DNA of 62,052 nt from Harriotta raleighana (lineage: Eukaryota), in contig JBNZDD010013691.1 of NCBI GenBank assembly GCA_050575255.1, forward strand, positions 1,415,961 to 1,478,012, written 5' to 3'. The notes beneath the pieces were generated by a model that had not been told where the DNA came from, made no database searches, and worked only from the letters and a program-made list of their open reading frames with translations. Below, piece by piece: positions 12,801 to 24,800 of the stretch. How positions within the stretch are numbered: position 1 is the stretch's first letter; the number at the start of each line of letters is the position of its first letter. The position numbers and the translations under genes were made by a program.

Positions 12801-15800
12801 ATTTTCAGATATTTATTTGCTTTTTTCTATTTGTTGTGCAGATTTTAATATGACAAATGCAACAGAAAGAGGTATTTTGCAACTAAATAAGGCCAAAAAA
12901 AATGCATGTCTGCTTGCTTCTAATACATTAGATTCAAGTTAATAGGAACTCTGTTGAGAGGAACATTTAGGAAGCAGTGATGTTCAGTCCAGGCCCAGGT
13001 TCAATTTTCTATACATTGTGTAATAAATAACGGAACATGAGGAGTATTTTGCTCAACACAGAACTGTTCCCAATAAGAGGTTTCTACAATGTTGCAATAA
13101 TCAAAGCGTAGCTCACCTTGAACAAGCTTTGCAGGGGAGCAATTCCACCAGGGTCTCCATTTACTCTAGGTAGAATGGTAAAATGCCAGATATTTTAAAA
13201 TTTTGAAACTGGTTATACATACCTGCTTTTATGTCCAACTTCCCTCCCTCCCTTCCTCCTTCCCTCCCTCCCTCCCTCACTCAGTTTAACATTGTGCTTC
13301 TTGACGTGTCTACTGCACATTACTAGGTGAGCTTACAACCATTTTGTCCCATTCTCTGCCTTTGATTTGCCCCCTCCCCACTTTTAAATCCTAACTTAAG
13401 ACTGTTTTAACATGCTTTTGATCATCTTCCAGGGCACCCCCACTTCATCCCTTTACACCTCCTCTCTCCTACCCCAGGGTGCCCAGTCCGCTACGTGTAA
13501 CTTATCTGAGACGCCGCCCGGCATGGAGAGCACTATATAAATCAAAGTTGTTGAAGTTGTTGTTATAAAGCACTTTGAGATATTCTCCCAACATGAAATG
13601 GCTACAAATATAAATTGTATTGTGTTTTGTATTTTATTTTAAGAACTACAAAAACTGATTTCAAAGTTAAGACTGAATTCAACAATTTGCCATATTCTGG
13701 ATGCTCGAAATGCACCAGACAGAGAGTAATACAATAACAAAATAATCAATCAAAATCTAGGTAAACCTTCTGCCCATGTGCTTTCTATCTGTTACTGCTA
13801 AAGGGTGTTATTTTTTCCAAAGAATGCTGTATGAAATTATGGACTGTAGTTTGTGCATAACCATTTAGAGTTTGCATGATGTACTCAGTGTACTGAACAC
13901 TTTAGACTTACTCACTTTCCTCCCTACACCAATTTATGTTGGCGTCTGTGGGTTCTCTCTATCTGTTTAGGCCCTTCTTCCCTAAATATTTCTACATCTC
14001 AGTGCAAAAAGATAGCTGCTGTGAAGGTGTAATACCATTCATTGATCTCATTGCATTGTGGACATTGTAATGGCTTTGCAATAAATGCTTGACAGCCCAA
14101 GTGAAATAACTCAGTAGAAGAGCACAGGGAAAAAAGACAGAAAACAGACAGGATCATGGACATGTTGATAATATCACCCACGTTTGTCTGTTCCCCAATA
14201 GCAATAACAACAAAATTACATTTGTATAACGCCTTTCACATTGGAAGAATGTCCCAGTGCACTGGACAAACACTATTTCGGACCCAAGCTGAATAATAAT
14301 TGATTGACTGAGACATTTTGTGGACATTGCAGCCTTTGAGAACACCACTTCTTGATTGTTGACTCCTCCAATCAGATTTTCTTCACGTTAAATAGGAAAA
14401 GGCAGCAATGGAAAATGAGGCTGTTTCAGAGACAACAGGTTAACGTGTTGCACTGCCTCTGCAGCATCTAGATCAAAGTGCGTGTCATTACCATGAAATT
14501 CCCCAATGACCTAGTGGATAAACGCAATGCCCAATGCTAACATTATTGATACGGTCACAGATTTGATACTGATTTAGTTAATCTCAGTTTGGATGGAAGG
14601 CAGTTCTGTGCTGCAAGAAAATTAAGCAATGTTCTTACTCCTCCTGCTCACTATCACGTGACACAATCAATGCACAATTACAATGTGAGATAAGATTCAG
14701 CTGTGATATCCACTAAAACCAAAAGTAATTAAAATCTATTGACATCAAAGAAAGGACAGAAAATTAGTGAAGAAACTATTGCCAAGAAGAGAAATGGGCC
14801 ACTGACAAAAACACCGATTCCACCCTCAGTAGGAATTAAACCTGTTACTCCTCAAAAAATATACAGTAAACGCCTGGTAATTTGTCATCCCAAGGGAAAA
14901 GGGCTCAACAAAGGGTTTATTGGGAGTGGTTATGTGGTCATAGGTACTGCTGGGACCTGTGCCTGGCATGGGCAGAGATTGGGCATACATGCTCAGAGGC
15001 ATCACAGAGGTCTCTAGTCTATTTGAGGGTCGCATTGCCCCCACAAACCGTCCAATATATCCTGCCTCATGATAGGACAAGAGGTGGGACAGGCTGCCAT
15101 GGCACTGCCCTCCAATAGACCAGAGGCCTTTGCGATGCATGTGAGCATGTACTTCCAACCTTTGTTAAATGTCCACAGGATAGGGCAGAAATCCTCTGTA
15201 ATCCAACACACCATTTTATAGGATGAGTTAGCTGAAGTAGTACTATACTTACAAGAATTTCTAGAATGCAACAACAACAACAATTATAGCTCCTTTCTAC
15301 AGTTGAATGTCAACCAGACCGAGGCCCTCCTGATTGGCTTGCGTCAGCGTCTTCACACCTCAGGCACTGGCAGCATCAACCTCTATGGTTGCACACTCCA
15401 CCTCACCAAGCCAGTCAGGAACTTAAGTGTCTTGTTCGATCCTCAACTGTCTTTCCTACCCAACATCCAAGCCATGACCCGCTTTGCCTTCAATCACCTC
15501 TGCAACATTGCCCGACTCCGTCTCTACCTCACCCCTCAGGCCGCTGAAACTCTCATTCATGCCTTCATCACATCCAATCTTGACTACACGCTGCTTGTCA
15601 GCCTTCCATGTAAGTGTCGACTTAAAATGTAAGTCCTATTAAAGTTGATCTAATTTATGTATTCTATCAGCTAAAAATAATATTTCACTGTCACTGGGCT
15701 AATTGATTAATTTCTAATTGACTATTCCAAACTTAGAATAATCCCTCCAAAAAAAACCACAGAAACAAAAATTAGTCATTTCTATCCACGACTGTTTGTG

Positions 15801-18800
15801 GGACACTGCTGTGCATGATTGGCTGCCGGGTTTTGCCCCAAAATACACAGTAAATTCACTTTACAGTACATTCTGTGAAGAGCTTTGAGATGTCTAGAAG
15901 ACATGAAAAGCACTATATCAAAATGCAAGGATTATTAATATTATTATTCCAAATTCCTCCCTCAATAGGCTGCAGATCATCCATAATGCTGCAGCCCATG
16001 TCCTCTACTGCTCCAAGCTCTGGGACCCCATCTCCCTCATTCTCACCTGACTCCATTGGCTTCCCATCATCTAGAGGATTCAAGTCAAGATCCTGGTCCT
16101 CACCTTCAAAGCCCTCCATGGCCTCACCCCACCTTACCTTTGCGACTTCCTAAACCCCGACCTATCCACCCCACCATCGCCTGGCGAGCCTTCAGCCACT
16201 CTGTCCCTAACATCTAGAATTCCATTCCGCACTCCCTCCGTCACACCCCCTCCCTAGCATCCTTCAAGTCCTGCCTCAAGACCCTCTTCTTTGACTTTTC
16301 CACTGGTCAACACAATCCCCTCCTTTTCCTCCACCTTCCCTGATCCTAACCCCAGCTTGAGTCTGAAACTTTGACTGCAGTGCCTTGGGATGTCCTACCG
16401 ACATGCAAGGCACTATACAATTGAAATTTTGTTGTTGTTTCATGTCCGGAAGATGTCCCAAGCTGCTGGACAGTCAAGGAAGTGCACCCAAGCTGAGGTT
16501 TGGTATCAGGAGGGTAGGAAGGCATGGAAGCTGGGGATAGGAGGGTAACTAAAGGTGGAGTCAAAGGGGAGGGTATTGAGATGGGGAGTTGAAAGAGGCG
16601 TGAGGGCGGCGAGGGAAAGGGAATGTTGGATGGAGTTCCAAAGAATGGAGGCAGAGAGGCTGAAGGTCCTACAGCTGATGTGGGGCGGTAATGGTGGGGG
16701 GTACATGGAATTGGCCAGAGTTCATTAAGTGGAGGGAGCAGACAGGTTAAGCTGAATAAGAAGTAAAACAGAGTCTCTTATTAATATTTTGCAAAAATGG
16801 CTTCAATATTGACAGAATGGCTACTTAAGTGGTAGTGACAAGTTAAGCCAGGGACTTGTCATCGGAAATTTACTTGTGTTTACATTTTTGAAAACCTTGT
16901 TTGTTCCTCAGCAAACTTGCTGAGGATTTGGAGGATTGAATATCCTGTGAACTTTTCAAAATATTGAACATCATAAGGTCCAATGGAAAAAATACTCCTT
17001 CTGGAAACTGTTATTTCCAAGAAGCACAAAGTAAATGCAAAGAAAGATTCAGAACATGGATAAATTCACGCAAAGAACTAAAGTGCAATATGGTGCTGTT
17101 GTTGAGACATTGATTTTGAGGTCAAAATTCTTACCTCAGTCTTCAAAGAAATAAAGCAGCCTCCAGCGATTCAAACATGTGTGTATAATGTGAGATGTAT
17201 AAAACCATGTGTTGAGAGAGAATTATAGACCTTTTTAATGGGGTCTTTTTCAGCCAAATGAAAAGGTCCAAAAAAACTACTTGTACTCATTTTAATTGGC
17301 TGGGAAACTCCTAACTAAGGGCACCTGGAGTTCCATCTTTATACGTGTATTTAGACAGCACAACTTGCATAATAGCAGAGGGAAACTTACACTGCGCTCA
17401 AGGCTTCAAACAGCTGCTTTGATTGTTGCTGTGGATGTTCTTGTTCTTATATGGCTTATTCTTCATTCATTCACATTAACAATTCTCAGTTTATATTCAT
17501 TGTTGAAGCAAAGCAACGATGGAGAGGAAACTCCCCCAACCATCCACCCACCCACATCCTATTTGCCCCCTCCTCGTGTTATTTCCCTTTAAATAGATAC
17601 AAATCATAGCTTTCATCAAAGCCAGTCCTGTCCGTATTCTTTGGATGCTTAAATCCTGTTATAAAAGAAAAATAGAATTTGAAGGATTATAGCATCTTTC
17701 TTTATGTTTAATGGAGAATTTGCAGTAAATCCATCAGATTTTGCCCACAAACAACAAAAACTTGCATTTATATAGTGCCATCCACATTGGGCAGCATCTC
17801 AGTGTGCTTCACAATGGCAGAGCCCGAGGTGGAGCCATTGGGTGGGGAAGGTGACCGTAAGAGTGATCAAAGAGAAAAATCTTCAGGCACGACCAGAAGA
17901 TGGGAAAGGAGGAGTTAAGCAAAGGGATTGAGGGAGGGAGTTCGAAAGTTTTGGGTGCAGTAGCTGAAAGCACCGCTGCCAATAGTGGAGCGGAGGATTC
18001 GGGGGAAGAGGAAGAGGCCAGACCCAATAGTGTGGAGGAAGTGGGGACCGCTGTGAGAAGAGAGGAGGTATGAGAAGAGAGGAGGTATGAGAGATAGGGA
18101 TTGCAGAGGAGTGGAGGGATTTAAACACGAATCAGGATCTTGAAGTTGATCCCCTCTGTAACATGGAGCCAGTGGAGTTTGGCAAGGACTAGGATAATTG
18201 GGTAATTGGGGTATGAGGTTTGGTGCGAGTGAGAATGTGGGCAGCAGAGTTTTGTTTGAGCTGAATTTTGTGGATGGTGGAGGTGGGTAGACTGGCGAGG
18301 AGGGTGTTGGGAGTTGTCCAGCCAAGAGATGACAAAGGCATGGACTAGGGTTTTGGTAGCTTTGGGGGTGAGGCATTGGCGGAGACAGGCAATGTGGTTG
18401 AGAATGCAAGAAATCGGCGCTGGTGCAAACAATCAGAGCTGTAGCTCACCTACTCTGTCACATAAATTGGATGCATGGAACTAGGAAGGGGCTAATGAAA
18501 CCAGTTTAAAATATTCCAGATAGGACGAGCAAAAGTGTAATCCAATAACTCACTGTTTATAAAGTGAAGACATTCCTTTGGAGTTGTTTAAAGAAGGGCT
18601 GATTGAAGAGCTGGGGAATGAAGGCAGCTGGGCTCAGTATGATGCCAGCAAGGGCATGCAGGCTCAGCAGCTCCCAATCTGACCCTAACCCCAACAAAAA
18701 AAAAGCTCATTTCCCTCCGCAAGCTCAGGGCTGAATTACATTTCAACTTCCGCTTTGCTTCAATGTTAATCTCTTCCAACACCACCCCCCGGACAGCTTC

Positions 18801-21800
18801 AATTAAACCTCAGTTAAAGACTGCCCTTCCCAAGGCTTAATTGAGGAATCCTGCCTCAGACCCTGTTATTGTCTGACAAATAAATTGTTTTCATCCCTGG
18901 GGCTTGCTGGATACATTTCAGAAACGTTTGTCTCCGATTCTTTGATATTAACCCCTCAGCCTTGCCTGACAACTCCACACAACCCACCCCCCCCCCCACC
19001 CACCACACACACTCAATTGCGTGTGTTTTGTAGTGAAGCCAGTCATTACATCACTGGTAGAGAAGCAGAATGAATCATTATTAACCCAGAGTCACTAATA
19101 TTCCCTGGTGAAAGTAATCATGAATAATCCGCTGCCTTGGCAGAGCTTGCTCTACATCTGCTTTAAGTATCAGTACTGATTGCATGACACACAGAACATG
19201 GGATTTCACTGTCACCACTTACCCCACCAACAACAACACATTGAATTGTCAAATGCAGCCTCATACACTGGGCCAGATTGAGAATCTACACTGTTTCAAC
19301 TCAATGTTGAAGGATTACATCAGCCACACCACACACACCACACCAGACAAGAGGTTTGACATCTGTGTGGTGATCATGTCAGTCCCCTGACATCATGAGT
19401 TCAGAACATCAGTTGCTCTGCAAGTTGCATCTTCCTTAAATCATCGGTAATTTATTCCCTGGCACAATCAATTATTGGCAGAACAAATTCTTAATTTAAT
19501 TTTTCATAAAAGCACGCTGTACATTTTTCTGTGGTGCAGTGCGGTGCGCTGTGGTGTGGTGTTATTGGAGATGAATTGTTATTAAAGTAGAAGATATGAG
19601 TGTCCTGTCTACCATTCCACTGACAAACCTGCACATTGCTCCCATGGTTTGATTAACAACTTTGCTTCTGATGTTGGCCGATAACTCTGTTTCACTGTTG
19701 TGCTGGAAGGTTTCTCACTCTAATGTGCTTCTTGTCTTTTCATGGCGATAGAAGGAAATGAAACTCTGCAGGAAATCAAAGGTATCCTTGATTCATTTGT
19801 TATCAGTGTTTCTTGTAAGATTTTTAATGCCAGACCAACTCTGTGCCTTTCAAACACTTTTTGATCTTGTTTATTGGGATGGGTATTTCATAAAAAAGTA
19901 ACTTAAATCAGGACCCACCTGAAATATGCTTAGCCCAAATTGAACTCTGAATAAATTTAACTTAAGGTTAAGAACTGAATAAATGGATATATAACTATTC
20001 AATCCACCAACACTCCCCATACTGAAACATAGACACATAGTTGGCAATGGCATTGTAATGGATAATGTCACAATTGAGAGAATTGGATACCTACCTACCA
20101 CTACATAACCACTGGGATTCAAACCAACATAAAAGCATTAAAACATTCGGGTGAGATATTATACTGAGGTACCACCTGTGCCTGTTCATATGGATATCAT
20201 GAAGCCCATGATATTGTTTGTTTAAGGAGCATTTCTGTGCACAAATTGACTTTGAGTTTCATCTACAAAATACACAGTCACTACACTCTACAATGAAAGC
20301 TACACTAAATATAAGGATTTTAATTATTATTTAATAGCACAGAGATTGCTGGTTTAACCGTTGCATAACTTAGCTCAAGAGACAAATTGAATGTCATATT
20401 CAAATTAATCCAAATTAGATCACTGCTTTATATTGCAGAGAAGACCTGCATCTGGCTCAATTTTCCATAACATTACCTGTTTCTGCATTCATAAGGCTTG
20501 TTTGCTTTTTTTTTTGCCTTTATGAATGGCTGACATCTGCAGCTAGAACACAGTGACAAAGGCAAATAGCAATCCTTATATTTTTTTAAATTAAGCAATA
20601 ATAGTCCTTACATTAAATATAGCATGTTAGAAGGACGCCTCAAGTGCTTCACGGGATGTACTGTAGAGTGTATGTTGTGTGGGCAGCCAATTTATGCACA
20701 GCAATGTCCACAAAGAGTCTTCTCAAACATTACTATGGGATCTTCAACATCCACCTGAACAGGGAGACAGATGCTTGGTTTAACATCTAATTTGAAGGAC
20801 GGCACCTCCAACAATGCAGCACACCTCCAGCACTGTATCAAATGCAAATATTATTATTGCTTTAATCTATCCCATTCTTTAATCCAGTTCTAATCTGCAT
20901 CAGAATATATTACATCTGCTGCAGAGAAGTTCAGGTTCATTTATAACATGATTGGATTGTGGACTTTGATATTTGCTTACCTGAAAATCAAATCTGTGCC
21001 ATCCAAATCCCACGATTGTGGAAAAAATGGTCAACTTGCAACCCATCAGATGTCCACTAATATCTTTTCCTGTGGGCTATATACACACACTATGCATATA
21101 AAACACTTCTGATGCCATTTGGCCATGGTAGTGATGTCAGCATCACTTTTTGCACACAATGTGCAGGAATTGACATTGGCAGCAAATCCTTGCTGAACAA
21201 TGGGCAAGAAATGACATCAATGACAACCTGACAACCTGGAAATCACCATTTTATTGTGCCTCTTTATAATGTGAGATCTGACACATTATCCACAAGCAAT
21301 CATCTTATGAGTGAGTGAATTCGCTTTATAATACAGGACCTCTGATTCTTCTATTAGATGCATAACAAGTGTCGCAATCCTTCAGAAGGAAGTGACAGAA
21401 AATATACATCTGTGACAAATATAGCGTGAATGGCAAGCTTGAATATTCATTGCATGGGCTAACTATTTAGCTTGTACTTGACAACTTGATGAAGCTTAAA
21501 ATCTGTACAATATGTTTTGGTGAACTTCTTCCCAGCCACAGCACCCCTAGTGGCCATGGAGGACTTGTGTCTATAAAGTCATTCCAGATATAGTCATTAA
21601 ACTCTTCTTCCTTGGAGTGACGATATATTAACAACAATAACAAAATTACATTTATAGAGCGCCTTTCACATCGGGAGGACAAAATTCCAATGGTATAGCG
21701 CCTTTCATGTAAGGTGCTGGACTGTCAGGAATTTGGTCCTGAGCAAGTGGGGTGAAGGGTGAGAGGTGTTGAGATGAGTGAGGGTGGAGGGTAGGGAGTG

Positions 21801-24800
21801 AGTTTATCAGGAGTTTACTGTGAATAGATTGCCCTGTATTAGGTTTAGCAATGGTGCAGTTATTTGAATGATCCGAGTTATCACCTCATGGGATGATCTT
21901 CAAATCCAGGCTCGGAGCGGTAGATGAAGCTCTCATTTCAATCTGATATTGGACAGTTGTAACTTTGGTTAGTAGAGGTTTGCTTGCCATTCATGACCGG
22001 GTCAGCTGAGAGGGCAGATCTTTCACAGCCTTTGCAGGAGGAAAAGAAAGCCAAAAAAGTTCAGAAGCTGAGAGGAGAAGATCGAGAAACAAATTCTACC
22101 CTTTGCAGTGTTTATCCCACAAGACAGACAGACATCTGAAACAAAGTCTTAAAAGAGGGTGTGACCCTATAATCAGCGTTTGCCACAATCTTAGCTTGGA
22201 TCACTTTCAGACGTTTCTGCCCATGTTATTGCCAACGAGTAGGGTGCACAGAGATATTTAACTACACAGTAATTGTGAGCTGCTAAAATTCTGGTTTATA
22301 CCAACCAACAAATTGCAGGTACTTACTTCTCAGAAAGTAAATGATGGGCACACAAGCAATGTTAAAATACAGGCTCTCTGTGATTGTGAGTTTAATGTTT
22401 AAAAGGAGTTAAAGGCTAGTTGAATTTTATCCTTCCCGCATTTCCAAGCTTGCTTGTTTTTTTTGCTGCTCCTGCTGGTGGCATCACTGCTGTAGAAATC
22501 AGCAAATCAACAACAACAAAATTACACTTATATAGTGCCTTTCACGTCAGGAGGACGTCCCAAGACACTGGACAGTCACTGCTTCAGACCCGAGCTGAGG
22601 ACAGGGATGGGGGAGGGAAGGGGGGGATTAGGAATTGCTGATGGATCCATCGAAAGAGGAGAGGCAAGACTTGAAAGAGACCAGGGAGGGGGTGAGGCAG
22701 AGGGACTGTGGGATGGCGTTCCAAAGAAGCATGTCCTTAATTGATATCTCAGATGTGAAAAGAAAAGAGGAGAAAAGTTAAACCTCATGAACATGGATAC
22801 CTGTGTGTGTAACTAACTGCCAAGACTCAGATCCCAAGTCAATCAAATAAAATATTTTACTTTAGACGTCATAATGCTTGCATTTAATGTAGCACTTTAT
22901 CATATCATTTAGACCTCCCCAGTGTTTCAATTTTTTTTACTGTGGAGTGTAGTGATTGTGTGTTTGTAGTTTAATGCAGCAGCCAATTTGTTCATAGTAT
23001 TGTCTCACAAACAGCCATGAAATAAATGATTAATTTTATTTGGGGATTCGTTGGCCAGGACACCAGGAGAAATCCTCTTTTCTTTCTGAGTAGTGCCATA
23101 GGATCTTTAACATCCACCTCAACAGACATATTGGACATGAGTTTAATGCCTCATTTAAAGGATGGCACTTCAAACTCTCCAGCACTATATTGGAGTGTCA
23201 TCCTATAATGTGAGTTCAAAGTCTTGATGTGAGGCTGGAACCCTCAACCTTCTGACTCAAAGGCAAAACTATCATAAACTGGCTGACTTGCCATGGACTG
23301 GCTGACTTACACATGTCCCCTATTCCCCCATTCGCAACTTGCCACCATGCTATTTGATGTTTCCAATAGTTTGAAACATAACATCAACAGTTTAGGCTCT
23401 ACGGTGATCCAAAGGAAATCAGTATATTCCTCTGGTAGCAGGGTGTCTGTAACATTAGGAAAGAGTTTATCAGTCTAAATCTGAAAAAAAAGTATCTTCA
23501 GGGTGGGCTCCCACAAAAGTAAAGGAGAGGGTCAAATGACAGAACCCTTCAACAGTTTCATCTCGGTCTTAAGGAAAAGTTCACCTACAAAATACAGATT
23601 CTATACTTGATAATAAACCCTGAAAGGCTTTGAGACAACCTCTCAATATGAATGTTGTTATATCGAATGTATGTATTATCGTTATTTTCACTGCTCAATG
23701 AGTCAGACAGAATTAATGTAAAATAACCATTAAAGGAGAAATAGGGAAGATCGTGAGGAATGATTTTACACAGAGTTATCAGAATGTAGATTATACTGTT
23801 ACAGGTGCAGTGGTCAACTTAAAATCCATATTAGTTTTCAAGAGAGAACCAAAGTTCAGTTGTTAGCACTTTTGCCTCTGTGTTAGAAAATTATAGGTTC
23901 AAGCTCAACATCAGGACTTTGAACTCGCAGTCCAGGATGACAATACAGTGCTCAATTGTCGTAGGTGGTAACCTTCAGGTGAGACATTAAACTGAGGTCC
24001 CATCTGCTAGTTCGGGTTGACGTTACAAATCTTGTGGCATTATCCAAAAAGAGAAGGGAGTTTCTCCTTGTATTCTGGCCAACAATCCTCCTGTTGGAAT
24101 TAATCATATATTTCATGGCTGTTCGTGAGACATTGCTGTGTGCGTTGTTACACGTGGTGGGAGTAGCAGGGCAGAATTGGACACTCCGACACTTAGTGGG
24201 AGGGAGCATCAAATGGGAGAGGACACTTGGGTTGTCCCTGTGTGCTCCTTCTGGTGACTTCCCAAGTGATAGCACTGGCAGAGATTTGCAAGCAGCCATC
24301 CTCTTAACCAGGGTTAAAGCACAACAAGAGCAAAAAAAAATACAAGGAGAAAATAAAATGAATTAGAGATAAATAAGTCCTGCGTGCGTCATTTGTTTCA
24401 GTGGCAGATGTGGAATGTTGACTCACTATCTGACCCTTGGGATTGTGCAATGGAGCGTTCTGTGTTTGGTGGGCGGGTGAGGCTGGAAATGGTCCAATCT
24501 CAAATCTGTTGTTACTGGCTGCTCTAGAAATACAACACAACAGAATGAACTTTAAAGAACTTTGACTTCAGCAAAATGATCTGATTTTTATGTGGTTCAA
24601 GTAGAACTTTAAAGGGTGCTTTGTTCTTCTGTCTTTTCCTCTACCTCAGGATGTGGGTGACGCTGGCATTTTGCCAGCATTTAATAGGCAGAGCTGGCTC
24701 CATTGACAAGCCAGTGGTGGGGCCTTCTCTTTAAATCACTGCAGTGCTTGCTTGTGGTCATGGCGCTCCATCCATGTGCTGGATCATGATTTAACATGAT

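Noticed and set aside
14396-14438. Possible third cassette exon ending ACAACAG|gttaac (33 nt from 14406, [11 protein letters not shown])
   Set aside because: The in-frame acceptor is purine-rich; the better upstream TAG gives 43 nt and a frameshift; the donor is weak.
24650-24656. cag|GATGTGG|gtga as another 7-nt microexon
   Set aside because: It would break the frame between exons 5 and 6, and the following sequence looks like the start of a dispersed repeat.
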